Notes: generated by a model not told the origin, from the letters alone. DNA of 64,000 nt from Scyliorhinus canicula (GCF_902713615.1 NW_024055760.1:124001-188000); one strand, 5' to 3'. Numbered from the stretch's first letter, positions 1 to 12,823 are shown. Program-made: numbers and translations.

Positions 1-278
1 GTGCGGAGCAATGATCACCCCACTCAAACCCACGTATCCACCCTATACCCGTAACCCCCAACCTTACTTTTTAGGACACTATGGACAATTTAGCATGGCC
101 AATCCACCTAACCCGCACATCTTTGGACTGTGGGAGGAAACCGGAGCACCCGGAGGAAACCCATGCACATACGGGGAGGACGTGCAGACTCCACACAGAC
201 AGTGACCCAGCTGGGAATCGAACCTGGGACCCTGGAGCTGTGAAGCATTTATGCGAACCACCATGCTACCGAGCTGCC
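1..278 (-). mobile_element. tRNA-derived shark SINE (HE1-like family)
   Basis: Reverse complement starts GGCAGCTCGGTAGCATGGTGGTTCGCATAAATGCTTCACAGCTCCAGGGTCCCAGGTTCGATTCCC (A/B-box head); the same body recurs many times in the window. Confidence 0.8.
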
Positions 279-280
279 TA

Positions 281-560
<280 letters not shown>

Positions 561-613
561 TAGGGGCTTTTCACAGTAACTTCATTTGAAGCCTACTTAT
601 GAAATGAAAATCA

Positions 614-812
614 GGGCAGCACGGTGGCCTAGTGGTTAGCACAACCGCCTCACGGCGCTGAGGTCCCAGGTTCGATCCCGGCTCTGGGTCACTGTCCGTG
701 TGGAGTTTGCACATTCTCCCCGTGTCTGCGTGGATTTCGCCCCCACAACCCAAAAATGTGCAGAGTAGGTGGATTGGACACGCTAAATTGCCCCTTAATT
801 GGAAAAAATAAT
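614..812 (+). mobile_element. tRNA-derived SINE (HE1-like)
   Basis: GGGCAGCACGGTGGCCTAGTGGTTAGCAC...GGTTCGATCCC...CTAAATTGCCCCTTAATTGGAAAAAA. Confidence 0.8.
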
Positions 813-844
813 TGGGTAATCTAAATTTAAAAAAAAATGAAATG

Positions 845-1010
845 AAAATTGCTTATTGTCACATTCCGCATTCGCCACATTCCAGCGCCTGTTTGGGGTA
901 ACTGTTACAGGAATCGAATCGTGCTGCTGGCTTGCCTTGGTCTGCTTTCAAAGCCAGCAATGTAGCCCTGTGCTAAACAGCCCCTGACAATAAGCGATTT
1001 TCATTTCATT
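845..1010 (-). mobile_element. Second SINE family (GGGGCTGGTTTAGC head, CATTT tail), degenerate
   Basis: Reverse complement of the family seen at 30409, 33763, 42055 and 46031. Confidence 0.65.
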
Positions 1011-1254
1011 TCATGTGTCAAACTGAGGGAGCAAAGGATGTCAATATTTTTAAGAGAGAGACCTGGGCCAAGCTTTCCAGAGTCTGAACCCTCCCTGGAT
1101 TCACTTCCTTTCCCTTCAGTTGCTGCAAATGACCAATTGATGGTCAGAATGAATAAAGAAATGGAAAGGGGGAGAAAAGAAAGTGTTTTACTCACAGATG
1201 TTGGAGACAGGAGGAAGATTCCTTCGGTGTGAAAGCTCAATTATCACTCACACA

Positions 1255-1490
1255 AAGCCCGCGCTCTGATTGGGTGGAGAACCACAGTCCCTCCAGTCCT
1301 CAATCTTTTTTCATTGGTTAACATCTCAGCACGCAGATCAGGGGGCGGGACCTTTCCCTGCATGTGAGGAGCTCCCCCTCCCTTGGACATGCGCAGTCCC
1401 GGGCCGCCCGCCCGCGTGGCAGATAGAGCGGTTTCCCCACCGCGGGGGAGTCTGGGAGCTCAGTCACCTCACCCTGACACAAGGTACATG
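1255..1490. promoter_or_regulatory. GC/CpG-rich promoter- or enhancer-like island
   Basis: Clustered GATTGG (CCAAT), AACCACA (Runx), GGGGCGGG (GC box), GGGACCTTTCCC (kB-like) and CATGCGCA (NRF1-like) in a CpG-rich patch. Confidence 0.4.
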
Positions 1491-1924
1491 TCGGTAGTCA
1501 CTGGATTTGATTGTGACGCCCCCACCTTAGCAAAACAATTTGTTAAATTCAGGTGGAAAAATTTAGGCATCTGCGTGACATTGGGGAGAGCAATAGCCTC
1601 TGATTGATGCCCCCATCCAATGGTTGCCCGGGGCCAACGCACCGTCGCCCCCCCCCCCCCTCTGCACGCCACTGCCACCACCCCCTTTCCTGCCCTTTCC
1701 CTGCCTTCTTGTTCTTTCTCTCGGTTCCAGCGCTTTCTCCCGGCTCAGGCGCTTTCTCCCGACTCTCTGAACTATCCCCCGGCTCTCCCCAATCCCGGGC
1801 CAACAGACATATCTGGGCACCTCTCGTGATCATGTCTCGCCCTAATTCTCTCTTTCTCTCTCGTTCCAGTCATTCCCTCGCTGATTTAGGGACCGTGAAT
1901 AAGAGAGAATGAAGAGAGTGAGCG

Positions 1925-2460
1925 AGTAACTGAGTGAGGGTAGGAGAGTGAGTGCGGGTGAGTGAGTAACTGAGTGAGGGTAGGAGAGTAACTGCAGGTG
2001 AGTGGGTAACTGAGTGAGGGTAGGAGAGTCAGTGTGGGTGAGTGCGTAACTGAGTGAGGGGAGGAGAGTGACTGCGGGTGACTCAGTAACTGAGTGAAGG
2101 TAGGAGAGTGAGTGCGGGTGAGTGAGTAACTGAGTGAGGGCAGGAGAGTGAGTGCGGGTGAGTGAGTAACTGAGTGAGGGTGGGAGAGTGAGTGCGGGTG
2201 AGTGAGTAACTGAGTGAGGGTAGGAGAGTGAGTGCGGGTGAGTGAGTAACTGAGTGAGGGTGGGAGAGTGAGTGCGGGTGAGTGAGTAACTGAGTGAGGG
2301 TGGGAGAGTGAGTGCGGGTGAGTGGATAACTGAGTGAGGGTAGGAGAGTGAGTGTGTGTGAGTGAGTAACTGAGTGAGGGTAGGAGAGTGAGTGCGGGTG
2401 AGTGAGTAACTGAGTGAGGGTAGGGGAGTGAGTGTGGGTGAGTGAGTTGGGTGATTGAGG
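1925..2460. repeat. 40-bp minisatellite (GGAGAGTGAGTGCGGGTGAGTGAGTAACTGAGTGAGGGTA)n
   Basis: About a dozen tandem copies with 40-bp periodicity. Confidence 0.9.
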
Positions 2461-3184
2461 ATATGAGAGTGTGGATGAGTGGGAGAGAATGGGGGGGGGG
2501 TTGACTGAGTGAGGGTAATTGGGTGAGGGTGTGTCACTGAGGGTGAGTGAGTCATGATGGGTGAGGGACAGTGAGTGAGAGGTGGAAAATAAGTGAGGAT
2601 GGGTGAGTGAGGCCTGGAGGGTGAGTTTGTGAGTGAAGTTGTGTGGTGAAGGTGAGTGGGTGAGGGTGGGTGAGGCAGGATTGGTGACTGCGGGTGAGTG
2701 AATGGGGAGGGTGAATGAGTGAAGGTCAATGCGTGAGGGTGAATGAGTGAGAGTGAATAAGTAAGGATGGTTAAGGCTGTATGAGTGTGGCTGTGAACGA
2801 GGTTTGTAACAGAATTAGTGGGTGAACATGGGTGAGTGAGGGCGTATGAGCGGTGGAGCATGAGTGTGGGTGAGTGAGGGAGCGTATGTGATAATGTTTG
2901 AGTGAGTAAGGGTGAATGAGAGAATAAGTGTGGATGGGTGAGAATGAGGGAGTGAATGAGAGTGGGCGCATGAGTGAGTAAGGGTGAGAGAGGGAGAGAG
3001 GGTGATTTAATGAGGTTGGGTGAGTGATGGTGAGTGAGTTAATGAGGGTGTGTGTGTGATGGTAAGTGAGTGTGTGTAAGTGACGGTGACTGAGAGCAGG
3101 TGAAAAAGTGTGGGTGCATGAGTGTGTGTAAATAAGGGTGGCATGGGAAATGGTGGGTGAGAGACGCCTTGTGAGGGAGACTGT

Positions 3185-5335
3185 ATGAGTGAGGCTGTGT
3201 GAGTGAGGCTGTGTGAGTGAGGGTGTGTGAGTGAGGCTGTGTGAGTGAGGCTGTGTGAGTGAGGCTGTGTGAATGAGGCTGTGTAAGAGATGGTGTGTGA
3301 GTGAGGGTGTGTGAGTGAGGCTGTGTGAGTGAGTGTGTGTGAGTGAGGGTGTGCGAGTGAGGCTGTGTGAGTGAGGGTGTGTGAGTGAGGCTGTGTGAGT
3401 GAGGCTATGTGAGTGAGGCTGTGTGAGTGAGGCTGTGTAAGAGATGGTGTGTGAGTGAGGGTGTGTGAGTGAGGCTGTGTGAGTGAGTGTGTGTGAGTGA
3501 GGGTGTGTGAGTGAGGGTGTGTGAGTGAGGCTGTGTGAGTGAGGGTGTGTGAGTGAGGGTGTGTGAGTGTGGCTGTGTGAGTGAGGCTGTGTGAGTGAGG
3601 CTGTGTGAGTGAGGCTGTGTGTGAGATGCTGTGTGAGTGAGGGTGTGTGAGTGAGGGTGTGTGAGTGAGGGTGTGTGAGTGAGGCTGTGTGAGTGAGGGT
3701 GTGTGAGTGAGCGTGTGTGAGTGAGGCTGTGTGGGTGAGGCTGTGTGAGGAAGGCTGGGTGAGTGAGGCTGTGTGAGTGAGGCTGTGTGAGTGAGCGTGT
3801 GTGTGTGAGGGTGTGTGAGTGAGGCTGTGTGAGTGAGGCTGTGTGAGTGAGGCTGTGTGAGTGAGGGTGTGTGAGTGAGGGTGTGTGATTGAGGCTGTGT
3901 GAGTGAGGCTGTGTGAGTGAGGCTGTGTGAGTGAGGGTGTGTGAGTGAGGGTGTGTGAGTGAGGCTGTGTGAGTGAGGCTGTGTGGGTGAGGCTGTGTGA
4001 GTGAGGGTGTGTGAGTGAGGGTGTGTGAGTGAGGGTGTGTGAGTGAGTCTGTCTGACTGAGGGTGGGTGTGTGAGGCTGTGTGAGTGAGGGTGTGTGAGT
4101 GAGGGTGTGTGAGTGAAGGTGTGTGAGTGAGGGTGTGTGAGTGAGGCTGTGTGAGTGAGGGTGTGTGAGTGAGGCTGTGTGAGTGAGGCTGTGTGAGTGA
4201 GGCTGTGTGAGTGAGGGTCTGAAAGTGAGTGTGTGTGAGTGAGGCTGTGTGAGTGAGGCTGTGTGAGTGAGGGTGTGTGAGTGAGGATGTGTGAGTGAGG
4301 ATGTGCGAGTGAGGCTGTTTGTGTGATGCTGTGTGAGTGAGGGTGTGTGAGTGAGGCTGTGTGAGTGAGGCTGTGTGAGTGGGACTGTGTGAGTGAGACT
4401 GTGTGAGTGAGGGTGTGTGAGTGAGGGTGTGTGGGTGAGGCTGTGTGAGTGAGGGTGTGTGAGTGAGGGCGTGTGAGTGAGGGTGTGTGAGTGAGGGTGT
4501 GTGAGTGAGGGTGTGTGAGGGAGGGTGTGTGGGTGAGGCTGTGTGAGGGAGGCTGGGTGAGTGAGGGTGTGTGAGTGAGGGTGTGTGAGTGAGGGTGTGT
4601 GAGTGAGGGTGTGTGAGTGAGGGTGTGTGAGTGAGACTGTGTGAGTAAGGCTGTGTGAGTGAGGGTGTGTGAGTGAGGCTGTGTGAGTGAGACTGTGTGA
4701 GTGAGGGTGTGTGAGTGAGGCTGTGTGAGTGAGGCTGTGTGAGTGAGGATAGTGAGTGAGGCTGTGAGTGAGGCTGTGTGAGTGAGGCTGTGTGAGTGAG
4801 GCTGTGTGAGTGAGGGTGTGTGAGTGAGGGTGTGTGGGTGAGGCTTTGTGAGTGAGGCTGTGTGAGTGAGGATAGTGAGTGAGGCTGTGAGTGAGGCTGT
4901 GTGAGTGAGGCTGTGTGAGTGAGGCTGTGTGAATGAGGCTGTGTGAGTGAGGGTGTGTGAGTCAGGCTGTGTGAGTGAGGCTGTGTGAGTGAGGGTGTGT
5001 GGGTGAGGGTGTGTGAGTGAGGGTGTGTGAGTGAGGCTGTGTGAGTGAGGGTGTGTGAGTGAGGCTGTGTGAGTGAGGGTGTGTGAGTGAGAGTGTGTGA
5101 GTGAGGGTGTGTGAGTGAAGCTGTGTGAGTGAGGGTATGTGAGTGAGGCTGTGTGAGTGAGGGTGTGTGAGTGAGGGTGTGTGAGTGAGAGTGTGTGAGT
5201 AAGGGTGTGTGAGTGAGGGTGTGTGAGTGAGGGGGTGTGAGTGAGGGTGGGTGAGTGAGGGTGTGTGAATGAGGCTGTGTGAGTGAGGCTGTGTGAGTGA
5301 GGCTGTGTGAGTGAGGCTGTGTGAGTGAGGGTAGT
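3185..5335. repeat. 14-bp satellite (GAGTGAGG[G/C]TGTGT)n
   Basis: Over 2 kb of near-continuous tandem copies; G-rich plus strand. Confidence 0.95.
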
Positions 5336-7025
5336 GAGTCAGGGTGGGCAAATGCGAGAGGATGGGGGAGTGATGGTGGGTGTTATGTTGAGTGAGTGGG
5401 GCTGAGTTAGGGTAGTTTACTGAGGGAGGTGAGTGTGAGTGAGAGAGTGAGTGAGTGAGGTGAGTGATTGTGGGCGTCAGTGAGGTTGAGTGAATGAGAG
5501 TGGGTGAGTGAAAGTGGGTGTGTGAGTGTGTTAGTGAGTGTGGGTGACTGAGTGAGGGTAAGTTACTGAATGAGGAGAGTGAGGGTGGGTGGGTGAATGA
5601 TTGGGGGTGAGGAAGTGAGGACAGTGTGAGTGAGGGTGAGTGAGCATGGGTGGGTGAGCGTAAGTGAATGAGGGTGAGTGTGTGAGGGTGTGTGACTGAG
5701 CGTGAGTACATGAGGGTGGATGAGTGAGGGTAAGTGAATGAGGGTGAGTGTGTGAGGGTGTGTGACTGAGCGTAGGTAAGTGAGGGTGGGTGGGTTAGTG
5801 AGGGTACGTGAATGAGTGTGAGTGTGTGAGGGTGGGTGAGTGAATCAGTGTCTGTGGCTAAGGTGGAGTGAGGGTGTGTGGATGAGTGGGGTGAATGAGA
5901 GTGAGCAATTTAGGTTGGGCTAGCAAGTGTGAGTCAATAAGTGAGTGAGAGAGATGGTGAGTGAGGGTGTTATAGTGAGTGATGCTGTTTGAGTGAGTGA
6001 TGGTATGTGAGCGAGTGTGTGTGAGTGAAACTGTGTGAGTGAGTGAGAGTGGGCGAGGGAGAGTAGGTGAGTGAGAGGGATTCAGGAAGTGTTGTGAGTG
6101 CGTCCGAGTGAGTGTGTGTGAGTGAGGATGTGTGAGTCAGTATGTGTGAGTGAGGATGTGTGAGTGAGGGTGGATGACTGAGGGTGGGTGGGTCAGTGAG
6201 GGGTGTGAGTGAGTGAGGGTGTGTGAGTGAGGGGTGTGAGTGAGTGAGGGTGTGTGAGTGAGGGGTGTGAGTGAGTGAGGGTGTGTGAGTGAGGGGTGTG
6301 AGTGAGTGTGGATGAGTGAGGGTGTGTGAGTGAGGGGTGTGAGTGAGTGAGCGTGTGTGAGTGAGGGTGGATGAGTGAGGGTGGGTGGGTCAGTGAGAGG
6401 TGTGAGTGAGTGAGGGTGTGTGAGTGAGGGTGTGTGAGTGAGGGTGGGGGTGTGAGTGAGGGGTGTAAGTGAGTGAGGGTGTGAGAGTGAGGGTGGGGGT
6501 GTGAGTGAGGGGTGTGAGTGAGTGAGGATGTGTGAGTGAGGGTGTGTGAGTGAGGGTGTGTGAATGAGGGTGTGTGAGTGAGGAGGGTGTGTGAGTGAGG
6601 GGTGTGAGTGAGTAAGGGTGTGTGATCGAGGACGTGTGAGTGAGTGTGTGTGAGTGAGGATGTGTGAGTGAGGGTGGATGAGTGAGGGTGAGTGGGTCAG
6701 TGAGGGATGTGAGTGAGGGAGGGTGTGTGAGTGAGGGTGTGTGAGTGAGGGGTGTGAGTGAGTGAAGGTGTGTGAGTGAGGGTGTGTGAGTGAGTGAGGG
6801 TGCGTGAGTGAGTGAGGGTGTGATTGAGTGAGGGTGTGTGAGTGAATGAGGCTGTGTGAGTGAGGGTGTGTGAGCGAGTGAGGGTGTGGGAGTGAGTGAG
6901 GGTGTGTGAGTGAGGATGTGTGAGTGAGGGGTGTGAGTGAGTGAGGGTGTGTGAGTGAGGGTGGGGATGTAAGTGAGGGGTGTGAGTGAGGGTGTGTGAG
7001 TGAGGGTGTGTGAGTGAGGGTGTGT
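5335..7025. repeat. Degenerate GAGT/GTGT low-complexity satellite
   Basis: Diverged continuation of the same motif family. Confidence 0.85.
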
Positions 7026-7094
7026 CAGAAAGAGACAGAATGTGGGGGCGCGTTTGTGTGTTTCTGAGAACGTGTGATGGAGTATTTACATAGT

Positions 7095-7312
7095 ATTTAC
7101 AGTGCAGAAGGAGGCCATTCAGCCCATCGTGTCTGCACCGGCTCTTGGAAAGAGCACCCTACCCAAGGTCAACAACTCTACTCTATCCCCAGAACCCAGT
7201 AACCCCACCCAACACTAAGGGCAATTTTGGACACTAAGGGCAATTTAGCATGGCCAATCCACCTAACCTGCACATCTTTGGACTGTGGGAGGAAGCCGGA
7301 GCACCCGGTGCT
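7095..7312 (-). mobile_element. SINE 3' part (HE1-like)
   Basis: TACAGTGCAGAAGGAGGCCATTCAGCCC...GGCAATTTAGCATGGCCAATCCACCTAACCTGCACATC. Confidence 0.7.
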
Positions 7313-7319
7313 CACGAGA

Positions 7320-8275
7320 GAAATAAGTGTTTGTGTGAGTATGTGTGTGTTTGTGTATGAGAGTGTGCATGTGCGAAAGAGAGAGATTGTGGGTGAGAGA
7401 GACACGTGACACAGTGTGCCTGAGAGAGAGCAGGTGAGAGAATGTATGTGTGTGACAGGTTGCGTGTGAGTGTCTGTGGAAGTGTGTGTGAGAGAAAGGG
7501 AGAGAGATACTGTAGTATGTACTGTAGTATGTAGTATTGAGATTATGTGTGTGAAAGAAGGAATGATTATGTTTGAAGAGCGATTATGGATGTGAGACTG
7601 TGTGTGGGAGAGAGAGATCTGTGTGTCTGAGATAGTGTGTCTGCCATAGAGAGGGAGTGTGTGAGAGAAAGAATGTGCATCTGAGAGAGTGTGTGTGTCA
7701 GAGAGAGAGCGAATGTGTGAGAGAGAGTGTGAGATACTGCATGCCTGAAAGAGAGAGATAGATTGTGTGTCATAGAGAGAATGAGACCGTGTCCATGAGA
7801 GAGAGAGAGAGAGGGCATGTGCCAGGGTGCACGTGTGAGAGTGCGTGAGAGCGAGAGGATAATAATATGTTGACGAGTTTGTGTGCGTCTGAGATATTGT
7901 GTCTGTGTGTATAAGAGGGAATGTGTGTGAGAGAGAGCCTGAAAGAAAAAATGCTACATTTGAAGAGCGATTATGCTTGTATGTGAGGGAGAGAGACGGT
8001 CTGTGTGTCTGAGAGTGTGAGAGAGAGAGAGGCAAGGTGTGTCAGAGATTTGGTGAAAGAGAGTGCGTGTGAGATAGAGCGTGTGTGAGTGAGAGAGCGT
8101 GTGAGTGACAGATCATCACAGTGTGTCTGAGAATGAGATTGTGAGTGTGTGATTGCGTGTGAGGCACAGTGTGTATGTTTGAAAGAAGTATTGTGATTAT
8201 GTGTGTGAGAGAATGAGTTTGTGTGAGGATGTGAGAGAATGTGTGTAAGAGAGCGAGAGTATGTATGTGTTTGTA
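7320..8275. repeat. Degenerate (GA)n/(GT)n low-complexity tract
   Basis: Dinucleotide-rich composition; the ORFs here are compositional artefacts. Confidence 0.8.
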
Positions 8276-10579
8276 TCAATGTATGGGTGCACCAAAACCT
8301 GCAAGTTCCCTTCCAAGACACTCACCATCCTGATTCGGAAGTATACTGCCAATCCTTCACTGTCGCCAAGTCAAAATTCTGGACCTCCCTCCCTAGCAAT
8401 ATTGCAGATATACCTCCACCACATGGACTGCAGCTGTTCAAGGATGCTTCACATCAAAACTTTCCCAAGAACCCTTAGGCATATATAATACAATCTGGCC
8501 TTGCCAGCGCCTCCAGAGTCCTAGGATAGGATTAAAAATAAAATGCAAAGGGATTTCTCCGCTGCACTGACCCATTAAATAGATCAAGGACTGCCATAGC
8601 ACGGAATGTAACCCAATAAATCGCTCTCTGCATTGCCGAATCGAAAATTCCCAAGACCGATATATCACTGCTTAAAAATCAACCAAATCTCCTTCTCCAG
8701 CCTGTCTGGCGTTGCTGAATTCTTTCTGACTGTCACAATCTGGGTTTGGAATCCCCTTTCTGAGTCGCCTAGTCAAACATCAAGTATAATTTCCACATTC
8801 CACACATATAAAAGTTCTATTGAAGGACTTGATCAAATTGTACTCCCTGAAATACTGGAAAATGAAGCAGAAGATTTACAACCAGTCAGGAAGATTCCTG
8901 GTCCCAGCACAGTGACCGCACGCACAGAAACTGAACAGACACAAATGACAACAATCGAGTTCCAGCAGATAGATCTGTTCAATCTGTCAGTTTCATGAAA
9001 CTGTTTGATTCTAATTGATCAATGGTCAACTTCCGACAACAATAATTTAGTGACTTATTTGAAATTAAACTGACATTAATTTCAAAACTGCATTCGGTTT
9101 TTAACTATTTCTCTCTATCTCAAAACTCGATAATTGGGCAAAAAGTAGTTTTGCTGAAAATGAGCAGATTAAATATACAGATTCAGGGTAGATTAATGAC
9201 GGAACAGTGACTCAGTGACAGGGCAATAATTAAACAAACCAGGAAACATTCACATTACCCACTGATATGATCTAAAATCACAATTAAATGTAATCAGAAA
9301 AAGAATCAGGGCAAAAGAATGTAATCAGCAAAATAATTTAGCTGCACACAGCAGTGTAAAGAAATGTATTGTTTCCTAAATTAATTTCAGATATTATTAA
9401 AATTCTCTAAAACATTTGAGATATTGCACGCCAGGATACAACTCAATTGTAGGAGGTCATTTATGCTGAATTAATTCTCACTGATATTGTACTGTAAGTT
9501 ACTGTTAATTGTCAGCTAATTCTTTATTCGATTATCCGTACTATAATAATAAATATAGTAAAAATAGTATTCAATAATCTCCCATTTGTTTTTACCCAGA
9601 GCTTTGTGAAATAATTGGGATTTAATTAAAACAACCTGACAATCAAATAATGTTGAACAATAAACTCCAACTTACTTGATGGAAACATCTTAACATTTAC
9701 TTGACTCTATTCACATTTTATTTTATTTTTTACTCCAATTGCTCTATTCGACCTACAAATGTGTAAAATATGCGCCTTTCTGAACACATTGATAAATCAT
9801 AAACTCCATCTATTCTCAGAAAGTAATGAATATAACGAGAACAGCTCAGTAATATTTATTCAAATCATTTGCAAAACTGACCCATTATGAGCAAGTGGAG
9901 TGGATAATTTGTTGTTGAATTTAGCATTTAATAAAATTTAAGCCTAAAGCTGAGATATAATCATTCCTTCTTTCCTATCATCTGTTCTTCCTATAATTCT
10001 ATCGTGTGTCGAGCACAGCCGTGGGAGACAGGATGTCATTATAAAATGCAAAGGTACTGTTAACCTTTTGTAAATAAATAAATCGGTTTGACATTCAAGC
10101 TTTTACTTTTCAATCTAATGCCATACGCAATCTGAACTTTCCTATAATATAAATAAAATCATCGGAACAATTCCTTGATTGGCAGCGACTTCCACATCTC
10201 AGAAAACGGTTTCAGGTTAGATTAGCGATAATTACCTCGCTATCCAACTACGCATTACAGTGAAGGGATAATATGGTTGCAGCGCCACAGAAATAATAGA
10301 ATAACTGGAATTACAAAGTATTTCCAGCCTAGAAACCTGTCCGGTCATGTTAACCTCGTGCGGAACACAGCAGGATTGTTAAAGGTGATTAATGATGAAT
10401 TATATTAATATAAAATAACCTTTGGTTAATATGGAATTGTATCACCGCATTGCAATTGTTTGAATAATATAATTGTTACTATGTTCTGCATGGGCGTTTC
10501 AGTCACAATTTCGTTTAATCTGGAAGCATCAGTTAAAATTACAAAATGCATCAATATATCTTTATTAGATTATTTTCTT

Positions 10580-11580
10580 AAACCTGGCTGTTTTCTCCCG
10601 ACAATCGCCCTTCAAGCATTTTCAAACGCCTAGACTGTTTGCATTCAACCAGAAAACGTGTAGCCGCTCAGTGTCACCGAGTTTAAACAATGCAGAAACA
10701 ATGCAGAAACGCTGAACCGTTTTACCAATCTTAATAATTTGAAGTCACCCAGATACACAATTTCCTCAGAAGAACAAAACACGAAATCATATCAATGAAG
10801 GACTGAAACTCGTTTATGGAGAAGCAGCTCAATTCTACATCGAACTGGATCAAACTTAATATTGCAAGAAAATATCAATATCCAGCAAAGCAGCTCGTCG
10901 CCATTGAATTATTAAACTAAACAGAAATGTGGAATAACAGCAATAGCATTGTGAGGAGCTGGAATATTAACAACAAAGAATTATTGGAACTTTACCAATT
11001 TTTTCATATTGAGTCATTTTTCAAACACATTTAAATGCTTTTAATGTTTGCAGGAGATGGTAAAAGCTGCAACCATCAGATGCCACGGAGATGAAACATT
11101 GCACAAACGGCAAGCTGTGATTGCAGCAACAACCTGTGCTCGGAAATGCTTTGTCGTAAAACGTGGCTTAGTTTAATCTGCAATTTTCACTTTTTTTTTC
11201 AAGATGCAGAAACAGCCTCCCTGTTCTCTGCCTACAAGCCTGCACCAAGCAGTTTCCAACACGTATACTCTGCATTCAATCACAAACCGTGTAACCGCTC
11301 AGCGTCACCGAGTTGAAACAATACTGACACGCCAAACCGTTTCACAAATCTTCCGATTCAAAGTCACCCAAAAACATTCCTCAGCAGAAAAACACCAAAA
11401 CACATCACCGAAGGAGTGAAACACCATAGAGAAGCAGCTGAGTTCTACAACCCCTTTCAACAGAATCAAATGAAACATTGCAAGAAAATCTCAAACTAGA
11501 ATGCACCAAATCCGCATGTCATCAAATGAATGAAGAATTAAACGAAGCACAAAAATGGAATAATAACATCAGCATTGTCA
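10580..11580. repeat. Diverged ~370-bp local duplication downstream of JH (10580-10960 vs 11215-11580)
   Basis: Shared anchors CGTGTA[G/A]CCGCTCAG[T/C]GTCACCGAGTT, AAGTCACCCA, GAGAAGCAGCT and ATTGCAAGAAAAT. Confidence 0.75.
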
Positions 11581-12005
11581 GTAAGCGGATCATATTCAAT
11601 AAGATAATGGAGAAACTTTAGCACATTTTGTTAATATTGGGTTAGATCTCAAACACTTGTGCAGAAGACGGTACAAACTGCAGACATTAGAATAGATAGA
11701 ACCGAGATTAAACATCGTAAAAACACACGTTCTGTATTTAAACTAACCCCGCCACTCAGTATCCTCAGCAAATAAACATCAAATCACAGCAAACAGGGAC
11801 TGAATCCCTCAGCAGCATCTTTCTGTCAAGAAACCGCGGGATTCTATATCCCCCTTTCAGCAGAATCAAATGAAACATTGCAACAACATCGCAATACATG
11901 ATCCACCAAAACACATTTCAGTGAACGAATGGATTTTGAAAATGCAGAAAAATATAAAACAAATACTCAAGTAAAACAGTTGGTAAATGACGGAATGGTT
12001 CTTAC

Positions 12006-12053
12006 CTGCAGTCACCGTCACCATGGTGCCTTGTCCCCAGTAGTCCATGGCGT
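12006..12053 (-). other. IGHJ: IgH J segment (JH): AMDYWGQGTMVTVTA
   Basis: WGQG motif; GTAAG splice donor at 12005-12001; 5' RSS GGTTATTGT (12092-12084) + 23 bp + CACTGTG (12060-12054). Confidence 0.97.
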
Positions 12054-12437
12054 CACAGTGTTACATTCCCTGGGCTGCTCCATACAATAACCGCACCTGC
12101 ACAAAATAGACAGAAATCCACCATTATTTTAAATATTCACAAACCAACGGCAAAGAAAATTCACGATTAATTTTCAGGAAATTATATGAATATTTGTGGA
12201 TACCGTTATCGCTTCATAAATGACTGAATGTTTTATATTTCAGACATGGAAATGCTATTGAAAACACCAACTGTGACTAAATAACGACCACCAAATTTCC
12301 ATATTAATTCTTATCATTTTGTCAGTGCTGGACAGTAATACATCACTGTAAATAAAGTTGGATTGTAAAAGCGAACACTGAGGCAGCCTCAGTTAATTAG
12401 TGCTGAGGGGCTTTTTGTATTGACAGTAACTGCTGTG

Positions 12438-12447
12438 CCCCAGTTGT
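12438..12447 (-). other. IGHD: IgH D2 segment ACAACTGGGG with 12/12 RSSs
   Basis: V-side RSS: heptamer 12448-12454, 12 bp, nonamer TCAAATACT 12467-12475. J-side RSS: CACAGCA 12437-12431, 12 bp, ACAAAAAGC 12418-12410. Confidence 0.93.
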
Positions 12448-12811
12448 CACAGTGAGACACAGCGTGTCAAATACTGCGGCAGACTGTTGACTAAAATACA
12501 GAGATTTAAATTCACTGCTCCCTCAAAAACTAACTCTGTCTCTTCCAAGAGCGAATGGGTGAGTTATTTCAGCTTGTCCTGGTCATTACATTTATAAAGA
12601 GGACCAGAACACTTTTAAACCCTCTGTGCAGATATAGTGTGTCGGTCAACAGAGATAAAGTGGAAGATTTTTATACCTTTTTATAAACTAATATTGTGTT
12701 TTATTTAAGCCTCATTTAAGTTGAAAATCCTGCTGTGGCCCTGATCACCAATTTGAACAAGCTCTTTCACTGAGGTTTTTGTATGAGGATGTCGCTGTGC
12801 ACAGCACTGTG

Positions 12812-12823
12812 ACCCACTGTAGT
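12812..12823 (-). other. IGHD: IgH D1 segment ACTACAGTGGGT with 12/22 RSSs
   Basis: V-side RSS: CACAGTG 12824-12830, 12 bp, ACAAAAACT 12843-12851. J-side RSS: CACAGTG 12811-12805, 22 bp, ACAAAAACC 12782-12774. The core matches the shark IgM D1 motif as recalled. Confidence 0.95.

Noticed and set aside
1842-8321. Long His/Thr/Ser/Leu-rich ORFs (339, 249, 285 aa)
   Set aside because: Translations of GAGT/GTGT satellites that lack stops on one strand; no splice structure or domain.
10270-10300. Minus-strand YYFCGAA motif as a possible leaderless supporting V
   Set aside because: No upstream D-x-A, Trp or first Cys in frame; a stop lies nearby; no RSS.
12793-12806. Extra heptamer-like CGCTGTG/CACAGCA inside the D1 22-bp spacer
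   Set aside because: The spacer to the nonamer would be 10 bp, outside the functional range.
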